Notes: generated from the sequence alone by a model not told the origin. 64,000 nt of DNA from Bilabrum cf. latius (GCA_965178125.1 OZ237774.1:434001-498000); one strand, 5' to 3'; positions 11,270 through 24,636 are shown, counted from the first letter of the stretch. Program-made: numbers and translations.

Positions 11270-11867
11270 GTATCATCTCTTGGGTAATCGGTTTGGTTGC
11301 TTCGGAGAACAATTTAGTCGCTTGGGAAATCCTTGGGAAATCCAATCTTTGAAAAAGATATCAAAAGAGCGGAGGGCAAAGCCCGAGCATCTTGGGAAAT
11401 CCTTGGTCGGTTCATCGGTCGGTTTATCGGTTTGTCGCTTGGGAACATACCTCGGTCTCTTGATAAAATACCTTGTTCTCTTGGGGAAATCCTCGGTTGG
11501 TCTCTTGGTCTCTTGGGAATTCATCCTTCCGTTCCTACAGCAAACACAGAGATATTTTGGACACTTGGTTAATTTCTTCATTTTTTCCTACTTTACTAAA
11601 ACATCTCTGTCTTTGCTGTTAGAGTTTATAAGGGGGTTAAATATTAGAATTCTTCAATTTACCCCTACTTCGTAGGAGTAAATTTTATATCTGAAAATGG
11701 GTACATAGAGGGGTTCTATAGGGGTTCTTGGGGAACCCCCTGTGAAATCATTTAGGTTTATAGGGGAAACACTTGAGTTGCTAAATATGCCTTTAAAGGA
11801 GGGGCGAGCGTAGCGTAGCCCTCGTCCTAAACGCTTGGTGTACCTACCACCACCTGTTGTCCCCCCC
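11270..11867. repeat. Probable terminal (TIR) region with CTTGGGAA(AT) iterations and GC hairpins
   Basis: About 7 CTTGGG(A/T/G)A-type copies and TCGGT repeats in 11277-11520. GGGGTTC...GAACCCC inverted repeat near 11720-11739, and an AGGAGGGGC...GCCCTCGTCCT imperfect stem at about 11797-11828. Confidence 0.55.
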
Positions 11868-12507
11868 TGAACCTCGCCCTGCGTTGGAGTTCTAGACCCA
11901 CGAATCAGCCGGGCCTGATCCCAAGTCTTACCGACTTCACACGATCAGATAAGGAACCATGAAACCGCCGGCGCACCTGTCGTGCTGCAGGGACACGATT
12001 CTCTTTGGTGCACGGCAGACACCTGGATCACACATCCGGCACCACACGGATCCGATCTCGAACACAGTCACTCATGTTGCAGTTGGCTCCTCTTAGAGCC
12101 CACCTTCAAAGTTGCTAGATCTAAAGTATTGTAGTGAAATAGTAGAGATTGCACAGTTGAGAAAGCATGGGTTGGAAGTTTTATAACCTTATCTTGGAAA
12201 CGCCTGCCTCTCAGTTTCGAACCCCGCCGTCATGAAACCCCCAAACACATCCTTGACACCGGCCACTGCCGTTTAGCCTTGCAGGAAGCAAGCCCAAGCG
12301 AAAGTACTAGGAACAGCGGCAACAGAGGATCTGGGCGAGACGCATCTAAGTGTCATATTACGCTTGGCCACGTCAACAAAATCGGATCCGATTGACAGAG
12401 TATGGATCCCGTCCATCCGAATCCTTCACTACGACCACTCATATTTTATCACCTACAAAACTACCCGGATACCCCAGCTCCAACCATCGACCCCTCTTCC
12501 TCCGTCA

Positions 12508-13938
12508 TCACGGCAGCTCAACTACACCGAACGCGATCGAGTCAGGCACGAAGATCGGCTGCACCACATCCGCCCGCTCGAATATGACCCCCACGGCCCC
12601 GCCCGGCAAGCCCACCAGCGCGCTGTAGGCACTGGCTCCCGGGTCCAGTACCCGCAGGGGCTCCCATGTCTCGCCCCTGTCCCCCGACCGAGACAGCGTG
12701 AGGTTCTGCCGGAGACCCAGGAGGCTGTCGTCGCTGAGGCTGGACAGGAGCAGTTGTTCCCTGGGCTCGTCCCACAGGATGGAGCCTTCCACGCCGTCAA
12801 GGGGCTGCGGCAGTCCGGGTTGCAGCTCGAGGTTCGTGAAGGTTCGTCCGCCGTCCTCGCTGCTGGCCTGGGAGCGGGAGAGCGCGAGGGTGCGGGCCGC
12901 GAGGACGAGTGTGCCTGCCGCTGGGCCGCTGGTTTCCCCGCTGCTGCTTTGTGGCGAGTGCTGCCTGCCAGCAGCTGGGATGTGTGCCAGCTGGCACTCG
13001 TTGGAGAACCACGGGTCGGTTTCGTTGGTCCACTCGAACGCGATGCTCCAGGTGATGCCCCCGTCGTCTGACGCGACGATGTGCGGGTGCGTGAAGGTGC
13101 CGTCCAGCCAGTGCACGGGGCTGTGATAACCGGGAAGCAGGATCCTGTACGGGGAATCGCTAGTCCCGGAGGCTTTAAGCCAGCCGGCTCTTGCGGGCGC
13201 TGTCCCTTGCTATGGGATGGGAGAAGGAAAAACTGACTAGGCGGGAACGACGAGGCCGCCCGGGGGTCCCAATCCGTACCATCCCCAGCCAGGCCTGGAG
13301 GCCTGGTCGGTGATGTCCCGCGGGGGATTCGCGAACGTTCGTCCGCCGTCGTCCGAGTGGGTCACCATCACGCGGCTGTTGTTCACGCAGAACGGAACCA
13401 AGAGGCGCCGCGCATCCGGAAGCCAGACTGGTGCCGCGTTGCCGACGACCGAGGGGCCCTCCGCATGCACCACCGTGGGGGCCTCGGACCAGGACTTGCC
13501 GCCGTCTGTGGAACGCTTGGACACGAGGTGCGTGGGGGCGTAATCGGAGCAGCTGCCCAGGCGGGCCTCCCCGAAGGCGACGAGCACCACATCGGCTGCT
13601 CGGTCCGCAAACTGCTCCGCGCCCGCCGATGCCGGTACGCGCACAATGTCTGGTATTTTAATGCAAAAGTAGCCTGCCTCGCCCTTGCGGAACACGTCCA
13701 CAGCTGCGATGCCGGTCCCGTTCGCAAACGGCGACGCTTGGAGACTTGGGTACTCGGCCGGTGCTAAGTGCTCAGGCTGGTGCCTGCGCCGATCGCGTGG
13801 GAGCCTATCTGAAATCGAATTCTTGAAGTTATGGTGCTGATGTTTAGCCTTGCTGAACGCGCGCGCAGATGCCATGATCAAGGCCAGTGAGATACATGCC
13901 GCTAGCTTGCGCTGCGGCAGCCCGTACGAGCACACCAT
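12508..13938 (-). CDS. Secreted sialidase/neuraminidase (GH33, BNR repeats), 476 aa
   Basis: Two same-frame ORFs joined through 2 TAGs. Five Asp-boxes (STDGGKSW, SDDGGRTF, SDDGGITW, SEDGGRTF, SGDRGETW), CIKIP (FRIP-like), SAYSAL, and a hydrophobic N-terminus. Confidence 0.88.
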
Positions 13939-14457
13939 AATAACTGGTAGCTCTCCAGGAGGAGCAGTGTATAGATCTCAGGGGTCTGAGTATCAGCGCA
14001 GCGAATCGCAAAACGTTGTAGAGAAGCCACTTGTATAGATTAGGTCGTAGTTGCAGTTCGGCGTGTTATAGCGTGTGGTTTTGGTGGCATCTCTCCGGTT
14101 TTGCAAGAAGCGAGCAGCAGCAGGGCGATGTTCGTGAGTCGGGACATTCGTCTGCCGTGCGCCAGAACCAATTCACAGCGTCTGATCGATGAAATCGCTA
14201 CTAATGTACCCATGAATCTCTCGTTGACTTGAATTGACTGCTTGGAAATCGCCGTGCGCCAGGAATCGCTAGGTCGGCCACGTCACGAACAAAGCTGTTG
14301 CAATTGAAAACTTGCAAGTACTGGCAGCGGTCCGCGAGGAAATAGTAGCCATCTTTAACGTTGGATTTCGCCAGAGCCGAGTTGCCCCAAGTCAGTTGGC
14401 TGTCTAGGTCCGACTAATTCGTCCGTTGGCTTCGCCGTCGTCGGCGATACACGAAAC

Positions 14458-16075
14458 ATGGGCTGCTGGCCGTCTCGCGCGGCTGTCATCGGAAGCGAAT
14501 CTTCGTCCTAGGCCGCAGATACCAGCTTAGGAAGCTCTAGCATTACAATTCGCGGCGCGTCTCAGAACGGCACGTCTTCTGGCGCCGCCGGTGCGGAGGT
14601 GGAGCCCAAGGGCGACGCAGACTACGAGTTTAGGGTGATCTACGACAAGTACGAGACGTTCGAGGAGGTCGCCGCGGCCCTGCGCGCCTCTGGTCTGGAA
14701 TCGAGCAATTTGGTCATGGCGGTGGACTACACCAAGTCTAACCAGTGGACCGGGGCCAAGTCATTCGGAGGCAGGTGCCTCCACGCCATGGGTGAAGCTG
14801 CTGGGGCTGCGGGTGGCAGGGTCGGTGGGATGGGTGGTGCTGGCAGCGGCAGCCCGGGACGATTCGGTGGAGGGGGCGGACCGTACCAAGGGTGGAATAG
14901 GGGCATGCGCGGCGGAAGCGGCAGGGGCAGGCAAATGACGGGGTCTGGCTTTTCGCCGTCTCGGTATGCGCAGGACGAGGACCCTACTGTGGGTCCCATA
15001 CGCCGGCGTTCGGACTCCCCCAGCGAACCTTCGCTTGCACCCCCGAAGAACCCCTACCAGAAAGTGATCGAGATCATCGGACGCACCCTGGCACCCTTCG
15101 ACGACGACAACATGATCCCTGCATTCGGGTTCGGGGATCTCACCACGGGCGACAGGTCCGTGTTCCCCTTCCTGCCCTCGAGGCCATGCAGGGGATTCGA
15201 GGAGGTGCTCGAGAGGTACGTCAGGATCACGCCGCAGCTGCAGCTGAGTGGTCCCACGAACTTTGCGCCCGCCATCGAGGCCACCATGCAGATCGTGCGG
15301 GAGACCGGTGTGAGACGGTGTGACGAGTGATGGATTCTCCTCGTGTGTATGTGTGTGTCTATGTTGGATCTGCACGCACCGGTTCTTTAGTCGGTGCGTG
15401 TGCGACCACCACGTAGCCCGTGACGAGTGCCGTGCTCCCGGTCCCGTCCTGCCCCTCCCTTCCCGCCCACCCATCCCAGGCGCGGTGTGGGATGGGCCAT
15501 CAATGCCCTCCCACTTGCTTCATACCCCCGGTAGCATTCTATCGTACATCTTAACCTTTTCTCCATCCCTCTCTCTCTTTTGATTCGCAGGGCTACCACA
15601 TCCTGCTCATCATCGCAGACGGCCAGGTCACGAACAAGGACCACACGGTGCGTGCCATCTGCGAGGCCAGCAAGATGCCCCTGTCCATCGTCATGGTGGG
15701 GGTGGGGGACGGGCCCTGGGATACCATGGAAGAATTCGACGACGGGTGAGATGCGATGCAGTGCAGTGCAGTGCAGTGCCATTGATCTGTCCTCCCCTCC
15801 TCAAGACGCCTTGGCACGGCATGGCATGGCATGGGAAGGAACTCCCTCTCGCCTTTCAGTCCCCCGCACTTGCACTCACACTCACTGCTCCGCCCCCCTC
15901 CACACTCATTGCACCTCGCAGTCTGCCCGAGCGTGACTTTGACAACTTCTAGTTCGTCAACTACACCAAGGTGGTCCGGGACAACCCCAGGAACCCCGAC
16001 GTGGCCTTCGCGATCGCGGCCCTGCAGGAGGTGCCAGAGCAGTTCGAGGCCATCAAGGCGCTCAAGCTGATCTGA
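14458..16075 (+). CDS. Copine/RGLG-like vWA-domain protein; join(14458..15309,15591..15745,15922..16075)
   Basis: MGCWPS acylation-type N-terminus; [54 protein letters not shown]. Two GTGAGA...GCAG introns restore the frame. Confidence 0.9.
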
Positions 16076-16243
16076 TGATCGGATCAAGGATCGGATCAGG
16101 GGAGTGGTGTGATGAGTTGCTCTGCCAATATGAGTGCCTGCACTGCACTGCACCGCACACTCGATCCGGATCTGATCGCGTTTGGATTTCTTAAACAAAA
16201 CGGTGTGCTGGTTTCGAATTCTTCGGTCAGGGCGTTGCATTCA

Positions 16244-17524
16244 TCAAACAAACTGAATCGGCTTGGACCGGACATTACCCCTGCCCCCGGCCCTGCCTCC
16301 GGTGGTGGGGGCTAACGAAGGCACGGCGCTGCTCACGCCGCCCGCACCAGATCCGGCACCAGCCCCTGCTCCATCCCCTCTTTGACCACGTGCCCGCGCT
16401 ACCATGTGTGACGAGTGCATGGGTTGCACGGCCAACAGCTGGGGGGCGCCCACCCCTGCGCCCCCGGTTGCAACCAAGCGCGCCAGCGTCGAGTCATCAG
16501 CGCTGCCACCGGCAGCACCGTCATCGCTGTCGCCCTCATCCTCGTCACACCCCGCAACCACAGCATCGCACTCGTCACATCTCACCACCCCTTGCGTGCA
16601 CTTGTCACACCACGGGCCGAGCGCCTCTGCCTGCCCTCCCCTGCCCGCTCTCCTCTGCGCCTCGAGTGCCGCCCAACGGGCCAAATCTGCCAGCGGCAGC
16701 AGAGCGTCCAGGACAGCTTCACCGGTTGCAACCACCATCCCATCGGTTGCAACCACACCGTGTGGGCGGATGCGAGGTGGCAGCGCCGGTGGTGGTGACC
16801 CGGCCGCACCTGTCGGGGCACCTGCTCCAGTGCTCGCCTCACCGTGTCCATGCGCATCGCACCCTGCTGCTGGGTCGGCGGCAGCCGAAGCAGCCGCGCC
16901 CGGGCCGGAGAGTGTGACCAATGCATCCCCCTTTTTAGCCTGGTGGTCGCGCAGCTCCTTGCTTGCAACATCGATGAGTTGCAGTTTCGAGGCCTGCTCG
17001 GTCGACAGGACGAGCGCGAGCTGCTTCCTGGAAGCGAGCACCATGGCCTCATGCGGGTGGAGGAATCTTCCGCTCGTTCGATGTGAGAAGATAACTTTGC
17101 TGGTATGAGGCTTGGGGTCTGCTGCCTCACTGGGGGCAGCTGGCTCGTATACTGCACGACTTCGTGCACGGTCTCCGCGCGTTGCATCGGCAGCTTGCTC
17201 TGCAGCAGCCGGTTCTGCATCATACGGTGACTGTACATGTACACAATCTCTACCAGCTTTTGAGCTGCGGCCCGTAGCAACATCAGTGTGCGACTATCGT
17301 GGTCTAACTGCCGCACGTCCGAGAGTGCTTGCTATTCTACCACGGGACCGAAGCAGCTCGATGGTAACTTGCCCGTGCTGCACCGATTTGGTCGACAGTG
17401 TGCGGTTGTCACGCACAATTCGTCCCACCGAGCATGCTCTTGGAAGCAATTTTGCAATCGAATCGACCTGTGCATCCTTTAGCTCCCATGCATCCATTGG
17501 CACGACTAGCTTATCTCCAGACAT
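16244..17524 (-). CDS. Hypothetical protein (426 aa)
   Basis: Frame is open from ATG17524 to TGA16244 with one TAG; no family recognised. Confidence 0.45.
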
Positions 17525-17735
17525 TATGTCTCATAGTATTCAGCCAAGCGATCACACACCTCGCGCAATTGAGGCAGCAGTACCTCGCGTGCTGTGTCAA
17601 AGACTAAATCCTATACCGTTCGCCTGCAGTTGCACTTGGAGCGGGGTGCATGGTGCTGCAATCATCTAAAATCACCAGCAATCGAATGATACCATATTGA
17701 ATCCTCCCGGTTTATACACTTCGAGCCATTATGAT

Positions 17736-19391
17736 TCATTCCGGCTGCCCGGCAGTCGCCGCCACTGCGCCCGACGCGATGCGAGCGTTGATGTCATCCA
17801 CGACGCCCGGCAGGTCCTCCACCCCCGAGATCACGTAGTGCGCCCCCGCCGCATGCATCGCTCCTTTGGCCACCTCTTCCCTGCGCGCGAGCTCCTCCGC
17901 TCCCAGGCCTTCCACCTCGCCCGCCCCCACGCCCACGTAGCTCCCGGTACGGGACACCCCCACGGTCCACATGCCGGCGTTTAGCCCCTCCGCAATCCCA
18001 GGGGTCGTGTCGTCCACTTTGACCACCGACCCCAGGGGGTACGCATTCAGGGCGGTTGCAACCTCCACGGCCATCCAGGGCGTGGGCCTCCCATTTGTTC
18101 CCTGGTCGTTCCCGCACGTCCACGCCTCGGGCAGGAGTCCCTGGGAGCGAGCTGCCTCCAGCACCACCTCCATGATCGGGCGGTTGTAACCGGAGCACAC
18201 GCCCTGCGATTGAATGGATGGGGCATATGGGACAGATGAGGCAAATGGGGCAGTAGGGGCAGTAGAGATATACGTAGGGCGCAAACGGCGGCACGGGGCG
18301 TGCATCATCCAACCAACGGGACACTCGGCCTCGCAGCACACCCGTCCCCCCTTCCAAACAGAGCAACATGCACATGCATCATCTCACGAATTTGACCCCC
18401 CTATCCTTGAGCCCCGCCTGCATCGCCAGGGCGCCAGGCACGAGGTCGGCGCATGTCTTGACGCACTCGATCTGCACCGGGGTGAAGCTGTCGTACAAGC
18501 GGTTCACGTCGTCCTGGTTGGGCGCTTTGCCTTCGTGCGCTTTTCTCCACACGGGATCCACCTCAGGGTCTTGCATCATCTGCCAGATGTGCTCCCGCTT
18601 GTTGAGGCCCATGGGGCGGCGGGCGGCGTCCTGCGAGGGGTAGCGAGCGAGCGAGCGAGCACGGCAGGATGAGCAAGATGCACGCAAGACTCTGCGCATT
18701 CAAGAGCAAGAGCGGTGCCAACCAGGCCATGCAACTACATCAGCTGACGGATCACCCAACGAAAATACTTCGAACAGCCCAAGATAGGCTGTGAATCTTG
18801 GTGCGGGCAATTGCATTGCTGCCTTTGGTGCAGCAGACACCCGACCCTAACGAAAAAATCAACCAAACAGCTCCGATCAATACAATGTATACTCAATTTT
18901 CAAATTGCTGCTTGCTTGTCGGACACTATTGCGCCAATAGGCAGATTCATTGCGAGATCCGGACGGGGACGCCGAGTTCCCGTAGACTCTTGGGTACACT
19001 AGCGACTAGCTTGCTTTGATCGCAATGTGAGAGTCTAGCATATGCATATACTATATATCGAGCGGGCCGCAGTTGTCCTGGGATGGTTCCAGCTAGCTAC
19101 TCTCCACATTTCACAGTTCTGTCGAGCGCGAGAATCCACGCATTGAATCTCTCTCACCACGGAAACTTCCACACCAACTCGTTTAAATACCTCCACAAAG
19201 GCAAGTACGGGGGCCACAGAACCGTGATCAACGAGAGTACCGGCCATGTCGCAGACGACAGCCTAGACGGGGGCCTTGCTGAACTCTTCGCGCTTAGCCA
19301 GGGCAGCGTGAGCTGACATGAGCCGAGCGCCGGCGCGAGACATGCCTCGATACATGCCGTTTGATACAGCTCGCTGCGTGGCACGCAGCAT
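17736..19391 (-). CDS. phnX: Phosphonoacetaldehyde hydrolase (phosphonatase, HAD family); exons 19391-19158, 18630-18388, 18203-17736
   Basis: V*AVVCDMAGTLVDHGSVAP, ARRPMGLNKREHI, GRPTPWM, VKVDDTTPGIAEGLNAGMWTVGV. Introns GTGAGA...TCGCAG. Start could alternatively be 19457. Confidence 0.9.
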
Positions 19392-19555
19392 GACTGCAGG
19401 CGATAGTACGAAGTGCGTTGTGTGCCATTCCTGATCCCAGGTCGACGCACTCGTCATCTAGTGACCGGATCCATCATGCTGGGGCATGCTGCTTAAACAT
19501 CAAACCGAACGTAGAGCCAAACAAAACACAAGAAAACCAAGTGCCCGCGAGCGCC

Positions 19556-21427
19556 TCAGCTACCCGTGTCCCCTCTGGCCAGCTGGATCACCGTCGCTGC
19601 GGTGCTCAGCAGCGCCACGGCGATGCCCAGCGACAGCGTGAACCAGGCAGTGCCGGCCTCAAGCTCGCTCACCTGCCCCGTCCCGCCGGGCATCGCCGGT
19701 CGGTGGTGTGACGAGTGAGGGCCTTCCGCTGGGGTTCCGCTGTCCCCCAGCTGGGGCGCGGCGCCGCCATCCGCCTTGCTCTCCGGATACGGATCCACAC
19801 CTGCCGCACTACCGTTCGATGCACCCGTCCACTCCGCCTCCGATCCCCACTATGAGCCCCCAAGCAACTTCACCCCTTGCCCCCCCCCCTCCCCCTCCCC
19901 CTCCCCACTCCCATCCTTGCCCCCGCCCCCCCCCTGCACCCACCACATCCTGAGCATCATCGCGCTGGGGTACACGTACATGAGCTGCACCGCCGCCAGG
20001 GCACCGGTCAGGCCAGTCACCACCCCAAGGTTCGGCACGCTCGCCCCCAGCGCGGTTGCAACCGCCACGCAGCCCACGGCCTCCCCTATCCTGTGCGCCC
20101 AGGTCACCGGGGCATCCCTTCCAAACAGCAGAGCGTGCACGGATTTCCTAAGTGCGAGCGCAATCAAGGGGAAGGAGAAGGCGATGACCACGGCGTACGC
20201 CAGCTTGATGAACGCCACGAAGGGGTACTGAGCCGACTTGAAGTTCGCGAGGATGTCAGATTCTGTGTTTTCCCGAAACAGCACGTAACCGAAGCACCCC
20301 ACGATGAGGTACAGCACGCAGCACGAGGCGAGGCCCACCCGAACTGCCGCCATCATCTTGCTCTTCTTGCTCTCGAACCGGCTGGCTCGCTCGTGGGTGG
20401 ACCGCCGCCGCAATTCCGTGTACAGCAGCAGGATGTTGTTATGGGCCACGTAGGCAGTGAACACCATGGGCACGGATTCGAGGAAGCTAAGGAAGCTGGA
20501 TGGCCCCGCCCTCACGACGTACCCTGGCAGCGGCTCGGTACGGTTGGCCCCCGCGCCGCCGTGCCCGGGATCGGATCCGGGGACTACTATCTTCTCGTCG
20601 TCGGGCACGAATTTGTCGTCGTGCAGCGCCAGTCCCGATACGACCGCCACCACCAGGACCGTTGCCCCCACGGCCACGACCGCCATGATGGAGGTGAACT
20701 TGAGCGCGTCCAGGTTGGCCAAAGAGGACAGGGGCAGGAAAATGACGGCGGCGCAGATGATCTGTATGAGCAATCGGCCCTTCCCGTGCCCCGGAGCGAA
20801 CGTTCCATCGTAAGGTTCGCCGTCGTGACCGTGCGGGGCCCATGCCGCGATGACGGAAGGAAGCAGGTCACCGATCACGACCGTGTACGAGCAGAGCAGC
20901 CCGAGATTCTGCACGATAATCGTGAGATCCACGACGGTACCGGCGGTGGGGCCGTATATCTTCGCAGCAGCCTGGGAGTAGAGCCGCGCCCGGGTGTGCT
21001 CGGTCGCGTGCAGCAGAAAGTACGCGGTTCGCTCCGAGAAGAAACCGATCAGCGCGATGAGAATCGCCCCCAGGGCCATGCCGTCCAGCCGAGTGGCATA
21101 CGGGAGACCTAACGCTCCGGCACCAAGCACCGAATTGATCACGTTGAACAGCGTCGCCCGCAGGCTCGCTTCTTCGAACACGACTGGAGTGGAATCGCGT
21201 GGCTCCGGTTGGGCGCCCTCGATGCCCGCCGAGGACAGTACCGACGTGCTTGCCCGATCTCCAAGTTTTGGTGTCGGGGTTAGTACGTCGGGATCGTTTG
21301 AGCCGGTCGAAATGACGTGCTGAATCCCATTCGGCGGACCAAGCAGCGGGCCATCCGCGGACCCGCTGTTCGCATACGATCCCTAATTGACGGATGGATC
21401 AAGCAGTGCCTAGCTGCGGTGCTCCAT
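19556..21427 (-). CDS. Amino-acid permease (AAAP/SLC38-like), 623 aa
   Basis: FNVINSVLGAGALGLPYA and many TM helices. The final TM helix lies beyond TAG19850 in the same frame; upstream extension to ATG21427 crosses 2 TAGs. Confidence 0.88.
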
Positions 21428-21631
21428 ACCGTATGTGTACTGCAGGCGATTCTTGCCGCTGATTAACGAACGTTGGGACCACAGATAGCAGTAGTTTCAG
21501 TACCAAGCGCCGCTTCCCTCTATGGTTCCGCAGTGCCGAGTTGTCGTGCGCGGCGCCACTGCGGAGGAAACTGCAGCATCTTTGCGACGTGGAGGCCTGT
21601 ATTCTCATTGCATTGGTTTGGTTCTCATCTA

Positions 21632-24448
21632 ATGCAGGCGACACGACGAACATTATTTGCAGCAGGACAGAGAATACTTTATGGAACGAAGAGGGGTGTG
21701 TCAGTCCTGCATTCTAAGTTTGCTACGTCATCTGCCTGTCGGCACGCTCAGAGAGGCAACGCAGGTTACCATGCGCCTAGCTTGCAGGCATTCGGATACA
21801 GAAGCAGTCTTAGACGAGGTGTGTTTGGCGCAGCAAGCTGTAAAGCGAGGAGATTGCCCGCAAAAGCCAGCTGCAAATGTACTGCCACGGGAGCTAGTTA
21901 TTCCAGCAGCCCAGCAGCACATAGCGGTGAACCTAGGCAACACGAGTGGAATAATTGGTTGATGCAGGAAACAGATCCTTCACCGCGCTCGGCCGTACCG
22001 ATAAAGAGGCGAGCAGGTGCCCGGTCCTTTAGCTCGTCAGCTGTAGGATCAAAGCGAAGCAGCCGCACGCACTGGTCCGCCTTAGCTGGTTCACAGTTAA
22101 TGCAGAGCTCCCGCCCGAATGGATTGTGTGCGGTCCAGTCGCTTAGCGGTCGCATGGGTGCTCGCTTGCCTGCACCGATCTCGATTTCGATCTCGTCTCA
22201 CCAGCAGCGGCGGCACGGCTCCACCAAGCCGAGCACCAGTGCGAGCTCGTCGGCCGGTGTGACGAGCGGTAGCAGGCCCGATGATGGTTCGGGCGTTGTG
22301 ACGAGTATCCGTGGGGTGGGACCGTTCGGCCCCGGTGGGGAGGGCCGGGCGGTGGTCGAGGGCGCGGATGACGAGCAGCCCGGCCTGCCCGGAGCCATTG
22401 CCCAGGCGTTCCGTGGGGTGTTCTTCCAGCAGAGGGATGAAGATACAAACAAAAGGCAGCGGAACGGGCACTCAGCTGACAGCTGGAGTGCGACGGGTAG
22501 CGTTGGGAGCATCGGGGGTGAGAGCGGCGAAGCAGAGGCGCCAGAAGGCAAGCAGGACGACCAGGCGAAGAAGAGCAAGCAGAGCCCCTGGCAGCGGCTG
22601 ATGACCATCGTGAAAACCGGCAAGCTCCCCGCCGACGACACCGAGGATGACACGTCCGCGGAGCAGGGAACAAGGGAGGCTGACAACCTGGACGAGAGGA
22701 CACTCGAAGCCAGGAGGGGAGCCACCCTCAGGAGGATGGCGGAGTTCGCCTGGCCCGAGAGGCATCGCATTGCGGTGGCGGTGTCCACCCTGGGTGTGAC
22801 GACTACGATCTCGCTTGTGTTCCCCTGGGCCCTGGGCAAGATCCTGGACGTCGCCCTGCAGCCGGATCCTTAGTTCACCCCCGGGACGATCGCGGCCGGT
22901 ATGCTGGGGCTGTTCGCCGTGCAGGTGGGGCTGATCGTGGTGCGGTCCGCGATGCTGTCGGTGGCCGGCGAGCGGATCGCCGCGAGCGTGAGGAAGGACA
23001 CCTTCCGCGCACTCGTCACACAGGAGGTCTCGTACTTCGACGCGCGCCGGACGGGGGACCTGATGAACAGGCTCTCCTCGGACACGGTGGTGGTGCAGAA
23101 GGCGCTCACATCCAACGTGGCGCAGATGCTGCGGAACGGCTTCATGTCGGTCGGCGCCGCCGGGATGCTGTTCACCCTTTCACCCCAGCTGGCGGCTCTG
23201 AGTCTTTGCCTCATCCCGCCCGTGGCACTGGGTGGGATTGGTTTCGGGAGGTACGTGAGGAGGCAGCAGGGGCGCGTGCAGGAGGAGCTGGGCAGAACAC
23301 TCGAAGTGGCTGGGGAACTGCTGTCCCATCTCAGGACCGTGCGGCACTTCGCCTCTGAGGGAAGGGAACTGGGGAGGTTCAGTGCGGCAGTGGAGAGAGC
23401 CTTCGAATAGGGAAGGAGGGTGGGTGTGGCGCAGGCCGCGTTCGACGGCGCGGTGCATTTGGCGGTCGATCTGTCGCTTCTTGCCGTGCTGTTTTATGGT
23501 GGCACTCTGGTGCAGGAAGGGAGCCTTTCGGCGGGTGACCTCACTGCATTCCTGATGTACTCTTTGTACGCTGGTGGCAATCTGGCGGGGCTGTCCTCTG
23601 TGTATGCAGAGCTGATGAAGGGTGTGGGTGCCTCTCGCCGAATCATTGAGGTGGCAGACAGGAAGCCGGCGCTGCCGCTCACCGGTGGTGTGGTGCTGCC
23701 ATCCGTGGCGGGCGAGGTGGAGTTCAGGGGCGTCTCCTTCGCGTATCCGTAGAGGTAGGACGTTCAGGTGCTTGACGGGATGGACCTCGTCCTGGGGGCG
23801 GGGGAATCCATCAGCCTCGTGGGGGGCTCCGGATCGGGCAAGTCCACGGTGGGCTCTCTGCTCACCGGGCTGTACGTGCCGGATGAGGGTCAGGTGCTGC
23901 TGGACGGGAAGGACATCGCGACTCTGGACCCCTCATGGATGCGTGGCAGTGCCATCGGGGTGGTGCAGCAAGAGCCCGTGCTGTTCTCCGGGTCCATCGG
24001 GTCCAATATACTGTACGGGCGACCCTCGGCCACTGAGGCTGACGTCAGGAGGGCAGCGGCGGAGGCGAACGCGGCCGAGTTCATAGAGGCTTTGCCCCTC
24101 GGGTATGACACTCCCGTGGGGGAGAGGGGCATGCAGCTGTCGGGGGGGCAGAGGGCGCGAGTGGCGATCGCTAGGCTTCTGCTTAAGGCCCCCCCCGTGG
24201 CCGTGCTCGACGAAGCCACCGCGGCCCTGGATGCAAACTCCGAGAAGGCTGTTTCGGAGGCTTTGCTGAGGGCGATGGAGGGCAGGACGGTGCTGCAGAT
24301 CGCGCACCGGCTGTCCACCATCCGGCACGCGAAGGAGGCTGCAGTGCTGGAGGACGGGCGGGTGGCGGAGCGTGGGCCGGTGGACGAGCTGCTTCGGAGG
24401 GAGGAGGGCGTGTTTAGGCGGCTGGTGCAGCAGCAGATGGTGGGCTGA
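21632..24448 (+). CDS. Mitochondrial ABCB half-transporter (ABCB10/MDL1-like), 938 aa
   Basis: Four ORF pieces in one frame joined by TAGs (22871, 23408, 23750, 23756). TMD RTGDLMNRLSSDT, Walker A GGSGSGKS, signature LSGGQ, Walker B VLDEAT, and an Arg-rich presequence. Confidence 0.9.
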
Positions 24449-24636
24449 CTGGTCTTGGAGGTGGGGTGTGGTGGTGAATTTGCTGGTGATACAATGCAAA
24501 GGTGTGTATGGGTAAGTTGCAATGGCGTTAGTTCCGCCCGTCTAGGTGGCATCTGCTTTCAAACTGGTTACAACCGGCATCTGGGTTTTATCGTCGTTGT
24601 TTCGCATGGGCTACTTATATTCACCTGTAGCCGACC

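Larger units (their letters stand above)
1..11867. mobile_element. Endogenous virophage (Lavidaviridae/mavirus-like integrated element), right-hand part; left end lies outside the window
   Basis: AT-rich, intron-less, gene-dense block abruptly adjoining GC-rich host DNA. Encodes virophage-type MCP and penton, PolB, SF3 helicase and rve integrase. Right boundary placed tentatively at the C7 run (11861-11867); the TSD and partner TIR cannot be seen. Confidence 0.9.

Noticed and set aside
11229-11675. ORFs 11229..11675(+), 11273..11581(-), 11333..11572(+)
   Set aside because: Overlapping frames over short terminal repeats with no recognisable motif. Probably non-coding, though the - strand 102-aa ORF cannot be fully excluded.
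1-11867. Code-15 bacteriophage or plain Polinton/PLV
   Set aside because: MCP (~590 aa with basic tail) and penton motifs are virophage-type, and the chromodomain rve integrase is eukaryote-associated.
13655-13672. Sialidase KIP instead of RIP as a sign of inactivation
   Set aside because: Conservative change; other catalytic-type residues (NE, AAR, R-x-NL, AYS) are present, so it is not informative without an alignment.
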